A stretch of DNA of 59,541 nucleotides from a bacterium (GTDB lineage: Bacteria; Bacillota_I; Bacilli_A; RFN20; CAG-288): positions 1 to 59,541 of the forward strand of contig CAVJFW010000004.1 of NCBI GenBank assembly GCA_963648975.1, written 5' to 3'. Under the pieces are notes generated by a model that saw only the letters and a list, made by a program, of their open reading frames with translations, searched no databases and was not told the origin of the DNA. Of the stretch, positions 47,384 to 59,501 are shown in pieces. The stretch's first letter is position 1. Every line of letters begins with the position of its first letter. A program made the translations under genes and the position numbers.

Positions 47384-48478
47384 TTACTCCTTGAATATAT
47401 ATTTTGAATACATTTCCTTACTTAGGAAATGTTCCATGAACGGAATGTTTTTTTCTTCGAAATATCTCATCTGATCCTTCAATGTGAGGACAAATCCCTT
47501 CTCTAGGTTTTCATAGCAGGCAAGACGACACCTTCTCGTCTTGAACTGCCTTGTCGGTTCGACCTTGTCAGCGGAATATATCAGTTTTTCCAAAGCTGAC
47601 ATATCACCTTTTCCAGTGCAATGATACATGATGGAAGAAAGTACTTCTTCGTTGTCGATATGGAATTTTTCCTTGGCAAGATGACTTCCGACAAACTGAT
47701 GCAAGGCGAAATCCGGACAGGGAAGATAAGATGGGAAATGCTCTTCAACGATTTTTCGTTGATCATCGACGGCGATATCCTTTCCGCAGTCATGGAATAT
47801 TCCTGCCTGAAAGGCAACAGTCGGATCAAGTTCAAGCCCAGGATTGTGTCTTGCGATTTCAAATGCAGTCTTAGCAACGCTCAGAGAATGAAGATACCTG
47901 CTTTCCTTCATCATCGAGGCAATTTCCTTACAGAAATAAAGTTTATGCAGGCCGATATAGGAGAGTACCCTCTTTGTCGTGTAAAGATGCGTTCCGTTCC
48001 TGATTGCTGATGCCTGTATCGGCATTTTATAAATAGGGAGGGAATGTATCACGTATTTCTTCTCAAGTTCCTTATCAAAGGACTCATCGCGGGGAACATA
48101 ATATACCTGACTTAGATAGGTAATCTTATCGATTCCGTTTAATGCGTAAAAGGAAGAGAGCTCATCTTCACCCAAAAGAAGGATAAGCCTATCATCCGGA
48201 TATCTCAGCTTGAAATGAGAGACCATGTCAACCATTTTCTCGTTCGCACTGAAATATTTGGATACGGTGAAATTTTCTTTTTCCAGGCCATAATCCTCAA
48301 TGGAAAGCTCAATCATCTTGCTTCTGTCATCAACTGACACCTGATCCGATGTTTGACCAAAAGGCAGGAATATGACCTTTCTTGCATTCAGAATATTGAA
48401 GGCAGACAACGCCATCATGAGATGGGCGATGTCGATGGGTGAGAAGTTTCCAGGAAAAAGAATGATGTTTTTCTTCAT
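47384..48478 (-). CDS. Fusion protein: NadD-like nucleotidyltransferase domain plus YqeK HD-domain hydrolase
   Basis: The N-terminus has FPGNFSPIDIAHL (degenerate GxFxPxHxGH) and IQASAIR (ISSTxIR-like). The C-terminal half has H ... GIFHDCGKD ... HD-domain motifs of YqeK. Confidence 0.85.
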   Translation of the reverse strand: MKKNIILFPGNFSPIDIAHLMMALSAFNILNARKVIFLPFGQTSDQVSVDDRSKMIELSIEDYGLEKENFTVSKYFSANEKMVDMVSHFKLRYPDDRLILLLGEDELSSFYALNGIDKITYLSQVYYVPRDESFDKELEKKYVIHSLPIYKMPIQASAIRNGTHLYTTKRVLSYIGLHKLYFCKEIASMMKESRYLHSLSVAKTAFEIARHNPGLELDPTVAFQAGIFHDCGKDIAVDDQRKIVEEHFPSYLPCPDFALHQFVGSHLAKEKFHIDNEEVLSSIMYHCTGKGDMSALEKLIYSADKVEPTRQFKTRRCRLACYENLEKGFVLTLKDQMRYFEEKNIPFMEHFLSKEMYSKYIFKE

Positions 48479-48479
48479 T

Positions 48480-49640
48480 TTAAAGTTTTACTGAAACTTC
48501 TTCGATGGTTACGGAAACACCACTAGGTGCGTAAACATCGATTTCCTGATCAGATCCGTTGAATTCGATGAATCCAAGGCCATAGATGCGAATCCTGTTC
48601 TGTGCGTCAGGAATGGCCTTCAATGTGGTCTTTTCAAGAGCGTTGATGGACTGGAATCTTTCACTTCTCGTTTCGAGTGACACATTCGAGGCAAGAGCGA
48701 GATAGAGTTCATCTGCCTTGTTGATCTTGGCTCTTTGGATGGTCAGGTCATTGGATTTGTAGAATGTGAAGGTCGTCTTGCTTCCGGAGATGAAATCCAT
48801 CCTGGCAAGGTTGGAGAATAGGAAGGACTGTCCATCCTTGGCAGCATAACTTTCCGGTCTGACTTCATTTCTGGGAAGGACATATTTTATGATTTTTCCT
48901 TCGAGCTTGGAGATGATGGATTTGCTGTTGTAGATGCCAGGAGTGTCATACATATTGGATTCCTCATCAAGAGGAATGGATATGACATCGAGTGTTGTTC
49001 CCGGATATGGACTTGTCGTGATGACACGACTTGTCTCATTCTTATAGGCCATCAGAAGAGAATTGATGATGGATGATTTTCCGACCTGATAGGCACCGAT
49101 GAAATAAACATCTTTTCCATCCCTGTATTTGTTGATATCCTCGATGAGGGTAGGAATGTTGGCTGTCTTGCTGGAAGAAGCGGATGTCACAAGGATATCG
49201 AGTGGTTCGATGTTTTCCTTCTTGAGGAGAGCTTTGGTCTGGGCGATGAGGTATTCGTCGGAATAGCTTCTTGGAAGAAGGTCACGCTTATTGATGACGA
49301 CGAGAACTTTCTTGGGAAGGTACTGACCAAGTCCTTCAAGAAGGGAACCGTTCAATGAAAAGGCATTGAAGACATACACAGCCAGTGAATTGTTTTCCTT
49401 GGCGGTGTCAAGGATGGTGATGTAATCGATATTGATGTCCTTTGTTTCCTTGTACTGGGAATAATGTCTCAGCTTATAGCATCTTTCACAAAGTGTCTCA
49501 TCATCAGAGTCGAATTTCTCCGGAGGTACATAACCGGGCTCATTCGGGTCCTGACTCTGCAGGATAGCTCCACAGCCGTAGCATCTCTTGACTCTGATTT
49601 CAGCGGTAAGTCCGCTGGCATTGTTCTTTTTGAAAAACAT
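48480..49640 (-). CDS. yqeH: Ribosome biogenesis GTPase YqeH
   Basis: Start at ATG 49640 behind AAAGGAG. N-terminal CxxC...CxxC zinc finger, circularly permuted GTPase motifs (NKRDL ... GAYQVGKSS). Confidence 0.9.
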   Translation of the reverse strand: MFFKKNNASGLTAEIRVKRCYGCGAILQSQDPNEPGYVPPEKFDSDDETLCERCYKLRHYSQYKETKDINIDYITILDTAKENNSLAVYVFNAFSLNGSLLEGLGQYLPKKVLVVINKRDLLPRSYSDEYLIAQTKALLKKENIEPLDILVTSASSSKTANIPTLIEDINKYRDGKDVYFIGAYQVGKSSIINSLLMAYKNETSRVITTSPYPGTTLDVISIPLDEESNMYDTPGIYNSKSIISKLEGKIIKYVLPRNEVRPESYAAKDGQSFLFSNLARMDFISGSKTTFTFYKSNDLTIQRAKINKADELYLALASNVSLETRSERFQSINALEKTTLKAIPDAQNRIRIYGLGFIEFNGSDQEIDVYAPSGVSVTIEEVSVKL

Positions 49641-49641
49641 T

Positions 49642-50169
49642 TTATGAATTCTCCTTTCTGATTTCCTGACCCAGAATATTCTTCTTTTTCCATTTGCGTC
49701 TTTTATACATATCATATCGTCTGATGAACCTGGTAAAGAATTGATCTTTTTTTACCAAAGGTTCGGTGAGTATGAGCCTTCCCTTGAGCCTGTTGACGTA
49801 AATTCGGTCCGTGAAGACCTGATCTCCGACAAACAGACATTCATTTAGAGGAATATGATTTGTTTCAAGGAACTTGAGTATTCTGCCTTTCCTGAATTTC
49901 TGGGCAGAGGCAAGATACCTGACACCAAGTTTCCTACAATATGGCTCAACTCTTTTCCTGTTGTTGTTTGAGATGACGATGAGCTCAATGTTTCTTTTCC
50001 TGAGTTCATCCTTCAGCAGGAATGCCTCATTTCGTGGCATATCGCTATATGCGGAATCAAGCGTGTTGTCCAAATCAGCGACAAGATACCTGATTTCCTG
50101 CTCCTCATAGAAGGAGTAGGGAATGTCATATATGGTGGATGCATGAAATGAGACTTTCTGTTTTTTCAT
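49642..50169 (-). CDS. yqeG: YqeG-family HAD phosphatase
   Basis: Start at ATG 50169 (MKKQKVSFH...). ADLDNTL, SNNN and VGDQVFTD motifs. Confidence 0.85.
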   Translation of the reverse strand: MKKQKVSFHASTIYDIPYSFYEEQEIRYLVADLDNTLDSAYSDMPRNEAFLLKDELRKRNIELIVISNNNRKRVEPYCRKLGVRYLASAQKFRKGRILKFLETNHIPLNECLFVGDQVFTDRIYVNRLKGRLILTEPLVKKDQFFTRFIRRYDMYKRRKWKKKNILGQEIRKENS

Positions 50170-50191
50170 CTTGAATATAGTATAGCAAAAA

Positions 50192-52801
50192 TCACTTCTT
50201 TGAGCTGTCTCTTTCAAACAAATCAAAGAGGGAAAGCTGAGTATCGGCATCATCGACGTTGGCTTTTGTTGTCTCTGTCTTGGCTGCACGTGGCTCTTCG
50301 ACGACATAATCCTCGTTGATTACTTCACCAATATCATCAAAGCCGATGAGGTCGTTCTTGCCGAGATTCGGAATGTTCTCCCTCATTTCCGAATTTGGTT
50401 CCACAGGTGTAAGGTCATTGATATCCATGGCAACCATGGAGTCGAGTGTTGTGACACAGACATAATTGGCCTGACCTCTGATCTTCTCTGCCTTGGAAAC
50501 ATTGACAATCTTCCAAGGATTCTTCTTCAGGATCTTCACAAGTGGAGTCTTGGCTGAAAGTCTCTCTGTACAATCTATCTTTGTTGAGGAGATGAGTCTT
50601 GCAGCCCTCTTGCTGCCAAGAACGAGAAGCAGGCAGACTTCCTTGGAATGCAATGAAATAAGGGATTTCAAAGGTGCGTTCTCAATGCCGGAGGCGATTG
50701 CCTTGACACCCATGGCTGAGGTGGAGACAAGCGGGACATCACTCTCATTGAATCTTGAGCAGCGTCCAAGCTCATCGACAACGATGAGATCGGAATTTCC
50801 ACCGCTGATTACAACATCCGTAAGTCTGTCATCCTTGTTGAGCATTTTACAGGCCCTGAGAGGCTTCTTGGTGAGTGATGCCTGTTCAAAATCCTTCAAA
50901 GGTGTTCTCTTGATCTTGTTTTCCTTTGTCAGAAGGCAGACATTGAGTCCTTCCTTGAAGGCTTCGATTTCAAAAGCCTTTATGATCTTTTCATTTGGCT
51001 GAAGCTTTGTGAGATTATTCAGGTGTTTTCCTTCTTCCTTCCATTTCATGTCGCTCAGCATATGGCATGGAACATAGGCATAATTGCCTAAGGAAGTGAA
51101 GAGAAGGAGAGAGGAATGAGTGCTGACCTGTCTTGAGAAGACAAGGCGGTCTCCCGTCTTCATCTTGGTGAGGGTCAATGGATCGCTTGCATCCTTGTTT
51201 GCCTTCACGCTTGCCTGATAGGACTTAAGGGAAGTTCTCTTGGCATAGCCATCATAGGTGATGGCAACCATGACATCTTCCTTGGCAATGAGCTTTGTCG
51301 GATCGACACTGGCAAAGGACAACTTGGAATCCAGGATTTCCGTCTTGCGGTTGACGGAGAAATCCTTTCTGACCTCGCTGAGGGTCTTGACGATAGTATC
51401 GTCAAGCTTTGATTCATCGGCAAGAATGCCGTTGATTCTTACGACATCCGCATCCAACTGGCTCTTTTCTTCCCTCAGGGCAAGAATGTCGGTATTGGAA
51501 AGACGATATAAAGGCATCATGGCGATGGCTTCTGCCTGTCTTTCGCTGAAGCCATAGTCATTCTTCAGCATCGTCTTGACGCCTTCCTTTCCATTGCATT
51601 TCCTGATCTTGTCGATGAGTTCGTTAAGGATGGAATAGGCCTTGATATAGCCTTCGATGATCTCAAGTCTGTCTTTGTCAGTCTTAAGATCGAACTGGAA
51701 TGCCTTGGTGGAAACGATTCTCTGATGGGATACGAACGCATCGATGAGTTCCATCAGCGACATGCACTTTGGGTGACCTTTGTCGATGGCAAGGAAATTA
51801 CAGGAGATTGTCGTCCTCAATGCACCTTTGCTCATCAGGTAATTGTAGATGTCATATGGAGAGGCGCCATCCTTGATCTTGATGACGATCTTTACATCAT
51901 CCTTAGCGGATTCATCGATGATTTCCTCGATGTTATCAAGTTTTTCAAGGTCTTTTCTCTTGTTGAGGCTGGCGACAAAATCGATTTTGACGACACCATA
52001 AGGGATTTCGGTGATGATGATGGCATTTTCTCCTTCATCGATATGGGACTTGCAGTACAAATAGAAGTTTGCTCTTCCAGTCTCATACAGAGTATGGAGG
52101 ATTTCCTTGTCATCGATGACGCCACCGGTTGGGAAATCCGGGCCTTTCACATAATTCATCAGGTCATCAAGATTGGCCTTCTTATGCTTGATTCTGTAAA
52201 TCGTGGCATCGATGACTTCACTGAGGTTATGAGGTGGAATGTTCGTTGAGGAGCCTACGGCAATGCCACTCGTACCATTGACGAGAAGGTTAGGATATCT
52301 TGCAGGAAGGACAGTCGGCTCAAGTCTCTTGTCATCGAATGTCGGAACCATCTTGACTGTATCCTTGTCGATGTCCTTTACCAGGAATTCACTGAGCTTG
52401 GAAAGTCTTGCCTCGGTATAACGGTATGCAGCAGCCGGATCATCATCGATGGATCCGTTGTTTCCCTGGAAGTCAACCAGCGGAGCTTCCATCTTCCATG
52501 TCTGGGAAAGATGTACCAAGGCATCATAGATGGAGGAATCTCCATGTGGATGATAATGACCCATGATGTTACCGACGATGGTAGCACATTTGATTGTAGG
52601 CTTGCTATATACCATGCCCTGATCGAACATGGAGAAGATGATACGTCTCTGGACGGGCTTCAGACCATCCCTGGCATCAGGTATGGCTCTGTCTGTGATG
52701 ACTTCCTTGGCATAGCGGTTGAAGGCTCCGACAAGGACATCGCTAAGTGGAGATTCAACGATGTTTTCGGTATATTTGACGATATCTTTCTTATTTTTCA
52801 T
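50192..52801 (-). CDS. parC: DNA topoisomerase IV subunit A
   Basis: GLKPVQRRI and active-site AAAYRYTE. No GyrA-box (QRRGGKG) seen. Follows parE, with plsY adjacent as in Bacillus. Confidence 0.9.
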   Translation of the reverse strand: MKNKKDIVKYTENIVESPLSDVLVGAFNRYAKEVITDRAIPDARDGLKPVQRRIIFSMFDQGMVYSKPTIKCATIVGNIMGHYHPHGDSSIYDALVHLSQTWKMEAPLVDFQGNNGSIDDDPAAAYRYTEARLSKLSEFLVKDIDKDTVKMVPTFDDKRLEPTVLPARYPNLLVNGTSGIAVGSSTNIPPHNLSEVIDATIYRIKHKKANLDDLMNYVKGPDFPTGGVIDDKEILHTLYETGRANFYLYCKSHIDEGENAIIITEIPYGVVKIDFVASLNKRKDLEKLDNIEEIIDESAKDDVKIVIKIKDGASPYDIYNYLMSKGALRTTISCNFLAIDKGHPKCMSLMELIDAFVSHQRIVSTKAFQFDLKTDKDRLEIIEGYIKAYSILNELIDKIRKCNGKEGVKTMLKNDYGFSERQAEAIAMMPLYRLSNTDILALREEKSQLDADVVRINGILADESKLDDTIVKTLSEVRKDFSVNRKTEILDSKLSFASVDPTKLIAKEDVMVAITYDGYAKRTSLKSYQASVKANKDASDPLTLTKMKTGDRLVFSRQVSTHSSLLLFTSLGNYAYVPCHMLSDMKWKEEGKHLNNLTKLQPNEKIIKAFEIEAFKEGLNVCLLTKENKIKRTPLKDFEQASLTKKPLRACKMLNKDDRLTDVVISGGNSDLIVVDELGRCSRFNESDVPLVSTSAMGVKAIASGIENAPLKSLISLHSKEVCLLLVLGSKRAARLISSTKIDCTERLSAKTPLVKILKKNPWKIVNVSKAEKIRGQANYVCVTTLDSMVAMDINDLTPVEPNSEMRENIPNLGKNDLIGFDDIGEVINEDYVVEEPRAAKTETTKANVDDADTQLSLFDLFERDSSKK

Positions 52802-54728
52802 TTCTCTCTACCTCCGATGTGAAGCTATCGGTCGTATTGAAGTCGATGTTGTTCTCAATCCAGTCTTTTCTTCTTTCGGAATCCTTGCCTAAGAAGATAT
52901 TGACCTTGTCATGGGAATCTTCGTCATCGACGATGTTGACCTTGAGAAGTTTTCTGTGTTCGATGTCCATCGTGGTGGAAGAAAGCTGAGAATAATTCAT
53001 CTCACCAAGACCTTTGTAACGGTTGACCTTGTATCCAGCACCGATCTTCTTCTGTGCTTCGGCAAGTTCAGTGTCATCATAGCAATAGATCTCCTTGCCT
53101 TTTCCGTTATAGACACGATAAAGCGGTGGACAGGCGATATAAAGATGTCCTGTCTCGATAAGTGGTTTCATATGATTGTAGAAGAAGGTGAGAAGGAGGG
53201 ATTGGATATGACTTCCGTCATCATCGGCATCGGTCATGATGATGACTTTCCCATAGTGGATGTTCTTGATGTTGAAGTCCTGGTTGAAACCGGCACCGAT
53301 TGTGGAAATGAGTGTGGCAATCTCAAGGTTACCAAGAAGTGCCTTTTCATCCTCGACGTCGGTTGTGTTCTTAGGTTTGCCCCTGAGTGGAAGAATGGCC
53401 TGATGCTGTGGGTTTCTCCCCTTCTTTGCGGAACCGCCTGCGGAATCACCTTCGACGATGAAGAGTTCATTCTGCATATAATCCTTGCTTGAGCAAGGTG
53501 TCAGCTTCTTGGAGATTTCAACCCCGGACATCTTGTTGTTGGCAAGTTCCCTTTCCTTCTTCCTGTCGGCTTCCGTCTTGTCACGGATTCTCATCTCTTC
53601 GACCGTCTTGCGGACGACGTTTTCAGCCTCATCCTTATGCTCTTCAAGGTAATAGGCAAGTTGTCCTTCAACGATGGAATCCACACTGTTCAGTGCTTCC
53701 TTGGTGCCAAGTTTTCCTTTTGTCTGACCTTCGAACTGAAGGAGATGCTCCGGAACCCAGCAGGAAAGAATGGCGACAAGTCCTTCTCTGAGGCAATCAC
53801 CATCCAATGTCTGAGATGCTCTCACAAGATTATGGTTGGCCGCATACTGGTTATATATGCTTGTCAGAGCCTTCTTCAGACCAGTGACATGATATCCTCC
53901 GTCACCGGTCCTGACACCGTTGGCGAAAGAGATGATTTTCTCGTTATAGTCGTTCTTGAGGAATCCAAAGACAACTTCAAGACGGATACCGTTGTCGACC
54001 CCTTCGAATCTCATCGGTTTGGTAAGAAGTTCCTTGTCGACGGTATGACGATTGAAATATTCCCTGAGTCCATCCTGATAGAAGAAATCCTGTTTTCTTC
54101 CGGTTCTTTCATCTGCGAGATGGAAAGTGACGCCTTTGGTAAGGCAGGCCTGATCATCGAGATGGCTTGCAATTCTGTCAAAATTGAAGGTTATATCCTC
54201 AAAGATTGTGGCATCAGGAAAGAATCTTACATCAGTTCCTCTTTTTGTGGTATTGCCCAATTCCTTGATACCGGAAAACTTACTTCCGCCTTCCTCGAAT
54301 CTGGCGAAGTGATCGATTCCGTCACGGTAGGAATGGACTTCCATCCAGGAAGAAAGGGCATTGGTGACCGAGGCACCGACACCATGCAAGCCACCGGCGG
54401 ACTTGTAGTTGCTTTCATCGAACTTTCCGCCACCATGCAATGTCTGATATACAATCTGGAAACCATTCATGTTTTCCTTTTCGTTATAGTCACATGGCAC
54501 GCCTCTTCCCTGATCCTCGACTTCCAGGGAACCATCAGAATGAATTGTGATGAAAATATGTTTGCCATGTCCCTCGTTTGCCTCATCGACGGCGTTGTCG
54601 ACGATTTCCCAGACAAGGTGATGAAGACCGAGCGTGGATGTCGAACCGATATACATGCCAGGTCTTTCCCTGACAGGTTCAAGGCCATGGAGAATGGCTA
54701 ATGAAGAAGCATTATAATTAGATCCCAT
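52791..54728 (-). CDS. parE: DNA topoisomerase IV subunit B
   Basis: Start at ATG 54728 (MGSNYNASS...). RPGMYIG, GGLHGVG, EGDSAGGS and PLRGK motifs. Confidence 0.92.
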   Translation of the reverse strand: MGSNYNASSLAILHGLEPVRERPGMYIGSTSTLGLHHLVWEIVDNAVDEANEGHGKHIFITIHSDGSLEVEDQGRGVPCDYNEKENMNGFQIVYQTLHGGGKFDESNYKSAGGLHGVGASVTNALSSWMEVHSYRDGIDHFARFEEGGSKFSGIKELGNTTKRGTDVRFFPDATIFEDITFNFDRIASHLDDQACLTKGVTFHLADERTGRKQDFFYQDGLREYFNRHTVDKELLTKPMRFEGVDNGIRLEVVFGFLKNDYNEKIISFANGVRTGDGGYHVTGLKKALTSIYNQYAANHNLVRASQTLDGDCLREGLVAILSCWVPEHLLQFEGQTKGKLGTKEALNSVDSIVEGQLAYYLEEHKDEAENVVRKTVEEMRIRDKTEADRKKERELANNKMSGVEISKKLTPCSSKDYMQNELFIVEGDSAGGSAKKGRNPQHQAILPLRGKPKNTTDVEDEKALLGNLEIATLISTIGAGFNQDFNIKNIHYGKVIIMTDADDDGSHIQSLLLTFFYNHMKPLIETGHLYIACPPLYRVYNGKGKEIYCYDDTELAEAQKKIGAGYKVNRYKGLGEMNYSQLSSTTMDIEHRKLLKVNIVDDEDSHDKVNIFLGKDSERRKDWIENNIDFNTTDSFTSEVERNEK

Positions 54729-54863
54729 ATAAAAAACCTCATGCAATGATTTTACCGATAAACAGCCAAAAAATAAAGCGTTTTAGCCCATTTGGGTGAA
54801 ATACTTTTCAGCAGTAGCACACATGATATTGTCACTTGTAAAACCGCATTCCTTCATAAACTC

Positions 54864-54893
54864 TTGCCAGAACATTTCCTTATTCTCTATAAT
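54864..54893 (+). promoter_or_regulatory. Putative sigma-A promoter of plsY
   Basis: TTGCCA, 18 nt, TATAAT, about 20 nt upstream of ATG 54915. Confidence 0.5.
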
Positions 54894-54914
54894 GTTCGGG
54901 AAAGAAACTTTTAT

Positions 54915-55670
54915 ATGGAAATTTTATACACGATACTTTTTATATTCGGTGCGATGATATTCGGCTATCTTTTCGGAAGCATCCCAAGCGGAGTCATCAT
55001 CGGAAAGATACATGGAATCAACATCAGGGATTACGGAAGCCATAATACCGGAGGAACCAACGTCGGAAGAACCTTGGGAAAAAGAGCTGGCATCATGACG
55101 ATGGTCCTCGATGGACTGAAATGCTATATTCCACTCATGATCATCTTCCTTCTTTTGAAGCTTGTTCCTATTCTTAATGAGTCCTTTATTGATTATTCGC
55201 ATCTCGACGAGCTCATCATCGACATCACGGCATTCTTCGTTCTCATCGGTCATACGCTTCCTTTGTTTGCCCATTTCAAGGGTGGCAAGGCCGTCTCATC
55301 CATGGCTGGATATATCTTCTTCATCTCTCCGATTCTCTGTGTATGTGGAGCATTGATCTTCTTCACCTTGTTCAAGCTGACAAGGAAAATCAGCATTTGC
55401 TCCATGATAACCGTCGCTTCATTATTCCTTTTATCCATAATCCCAATGATTCTTGATCTTACCGTACTGAATGATATCAATTCCTTCAATGGTGGCATAT
55501 ATTTCTCCGAGGCGCTCAATCTTCATCTTTCCTATATCACTACTATTGCAATATTCCTCTTTGCTTCCTTCATCATCTACAGACATAAATCAAATATCAT
55601 AAGACTGAAGAAACACGAAGAACCCGTCACACATTTCGAAAACACCATCGATAAAAAAGATTCAGACTGA
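54915..55670 (+). CDS. plsY: Glycerol-3-phosphate acyltransferase PlsY (longer than usual)
   Basis: Start at ATG 54915 (MEILYTILFIF...). FGSIPSG, GSHNTGGTNVGR and FKGGKAV motifs. Confidence 0.9.
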   Translation: MEILYTILFIFGAMIFGYLFGSIPSGVIIGKIHGINIRDYGSHNTGGTNVGRTLGKRAGIMTMVLDGLKCYIPLMIIFLLLKLVPILNESFIDYSHLDELIIDITAFFVLIGHTLPLFAHFKGGKAVSSMAGYIFFISPILCVCGALIFFTLFKLTRKISICSMITVASLFLLSIIPMILDLTVLNDINSFNGGIYFSEALNLHLSYITTIAIFLFASFIIYRHKSNIIRLKKHEEPVTHFENTIDKKDSD

Positions 55671-55687
55671 ATTCTGAATCTTTTTTG
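55658..55687 (+). terminator. Intrinsic terminator of plsY
   Basis: AGATTCAGA-CTGAAT-TCTGAATCT followed by T6. The stop codon sits in the loop. Confidence 0.7.
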
Positions 55688-55805
55688 GTGGTCACATACC
55701 TCATAAATCAAAGCAACCTTTATTTGCACTGAAAAACTGATAAAAATCACATAATCAATATGTTGTTTTATGTATAATATTTAGGTTTGATTGGAGGATA
55801 AATTT

Positions 55806-58121
<2,316 letters not shown>

Positions 58122-58342
58122 AAAAATCAAAATTCTGAGTGTTTTCCATAACCTGATTTTTCAGAAATCATCAATTGATCGGAGTAAAAAACGTAGAAGT
58201 TTAACTAAAACTTTTCCAATTTCGTCATACTACAACTCTAATATCTTCATCTGTTGACTTTCTTCTTTGGTCATCGTACAAGTACCCCAGACACCCTATT
58301 TACGCTTACTTGGTATGGAGCAGGAAGATTTCATTCATTATT

Positions 58343-58396
58343 AAAAAAGGACATCCATGACAGGTAACTTAGCCGGGTCACATATGTCCTTTTTTG
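58343..58396. terminator. Imperfect long hairpin flanked by A6 and T6 (bidirectional terminator candidate)
   Basis: AAGGACAT ... ATGTCCTT outer stem with inner TGAC/GTCA and GG/CC pairs. Confidence 0.45.
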
Positions 58397-58402
58397 ATAT
58401 GA

Positions 58403-58424
58403 CAAAAGCCACCTTACGGTGGCT
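58403..58424 (-). terminator. Intrinsic terminator of yneF
   Basis: AGCCACC-GTAA-GGTGGCT followed by TTTTG on the minus strand, 7 nt after the stop. Confidence 0.65.
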
Positions 58425-58430
58425 ATGGAT

Positions 58431-58667
58431 TTACTTCTTGCCTTTCTTCTGGGCGCCCTCGATGGCCTTCATGGTCTGATTGACCTGAGCTTCGGAAGGG
58501 GTTCTTCCCATGGAACGATACATTGCCTTGATCATATCACGGTTGATTGGAGGGTTATCCTGCAATGTCTTCTTGAAGAGTGCACGTGCACCAAAGAAGC
58601 CACCGACAAGACCGACCAAGAGACAACCGATGAGAGAAAAGACAAAACCTACTACTGGAATCGACAT
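58431..58667 (-). CDS. yneF: UPF0154 / YneF family small membrane protein
   Basis: 78 aa with one N-terminal TM helix, then the RALFKKTLQDNPPINRDMIKAMYRSMGRTPSEAQVNQ pattern typical of YneF. Confidence 0.85.
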   Translation of the reverse strand: MSIPVVGFVFSLIGCLLVGLVGGFFGARALFKKTLQDNPPINRDMIKAMYRSMGRTPSEAQVNQTMKAIEGAQKKGKK

Positions 58668-58685
58668 ATCAATTACTCCTTTTCA

Positions 58686-58715
58686 TGAAAGAAAAGGTCG
58701 TCATGAAACGACCTT
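58686..58715 (-). terminator. Intrinsic terminator of efp
   Basis: AAGGTCGT-6 nt-ACGACCTT followed by TTCTTTC on the minus strand. Confidence 0.6.
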
Positions 58716-58733
58716 CAGAAATACAAAGCGGAA

Positions 58734-59312
58734 TTAGGCTCTGGAATCATAGGAACCATCTGCAGTCTTGATCCAGACCTTGGAATGATTCTTGATGAAC
58801 ATAGGAACCTTGACCTTGAGACCAGTCTCAAGAATGGCATCCTTGCTTGCCTTGTTGACTGTATCACCGGCAATAGCATTGTCGTCAGTCTCGACGATTT
58901 CAAGTGCAACCTTGTCCGGTAACTGGATACCAAGGATTTCCTGTCCATAATAGGTGATGACAACTTCGGCGTTGTCAGGAAGGAAGGAGAGTTCTCTCTT
59001 GATTCTTTCAATCGGAAGTTCGACCATTTCATAGGTTTCGCTGTCCATGAAGTGGGCAAAACCATCAGCATCGGAATCACGATAGGAAAGAGTCATGTTC
59101 TTCTTGTCGAGGAAAGCTCCATCAACCTTATCGCCAGAGAAAAGCATCATTTCGATCGTTGCACCAGAACGTAAGTTCTTGGCTTTGATCTTATGCTTCA
59201 TCTTGGCCATAGCGGTCTTGTTGTGAATAACATCGATGACCTGAAGAAGATCTCCCTTATAGATGAAGATCTTGCCAGGATTCAATTCGCCTGCATCTAA
59301 TACATCAGCCAT
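58734..59312 (-). CDS. efp: Elongation factor P (atypical loop tip)
   Basis: 192 aa with a three-domain EF-P pattern (C-terminus GDTVNKASKDAILETGLKVKVPMFI). The loop reads HNKTAMAKM instead of VKPGKG. Confidence 0.9.
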   Translation of the reverse strand: MADVLDAGELNPGKIFIYKGDLLQVIDVIHNKTAMAKMKHKIKAKNLRSGATIEMMLFSGDKVDGAFLDKKNMTLSYRDSDADGFAHFMDSETYEMVELPIERIKRELSFLPDNAEVVITYYGQEILGIQLPDKVALEIVETDDNAIAGDTVNKASKDAILETGLKVKVPMFIKNHSKVWIKTADGSYDSRA

Positions 59313-59342
59313 TTTCTATTTCCTCCTAATGGTTCGAAGAAT

Positions 59343-59501
59343 TTATTTCTTTTCTTCGTGAAGAGTCATCTTGTTGCACTTCGGGCAATACTTGTTGGTA
59401 GAGAAGCGATCTGGATGTAATCTCTTGTTCTTGGTGGTAATATAGTTTTCGGATTTGCATTCTTTGCAACGAAGAATGATGTTCATACGTTTATCAGCCA
59501 T
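59343..59501 (-). CDS. rpmG: 50S ribosomal protein L33 (zinc-ribbon type)
   Basis: Not in the ORF track (52 aa). The minus strand translates to [60 protein letters not shown]. Confidence 0.9.
   Translation of the reverse strand: MADKRMNIILRCKECKSENYITTKNKRLHPDRFSTNKYCPKCNKMTLHEEKK

Noticed and set aside
50170-50307. Longer yqeG ORF (start 50307) overlapping the 3' end of parC. Similar upstream extensions exist for 5806-5883, 19303-19359, 33637-33654, 37121-37180, 49641-49715, 54729-54746, 54792-54914 and 55791-55805.
   Set aside because: In each case an internal ATG with a proper RBS and a family-typical N-terminus is the better start. The extensions overlap neighbouring genes or non-coding signals.
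53637-54701. 354-aa ORF antisense to parE (also 52911-53492, 51725-52249 and 50493-51002 opposite parE/parC)
   Set aside because: The sense-strand genes carry unmistakable topoisomerase motifs. The antisense ORFs have no motifs or RBS.
50192-54728. Alternative assignment of the type II topoisomerase pair as gyrB-gyrA
   Set aside because: No GyrA-box is seen in the A subunit. The B-then-A order with plsY divergently adjacent matches the parE-parC locus of Bacillus and Staphylococcus, and no dnaA/dnaN/recF context is present.
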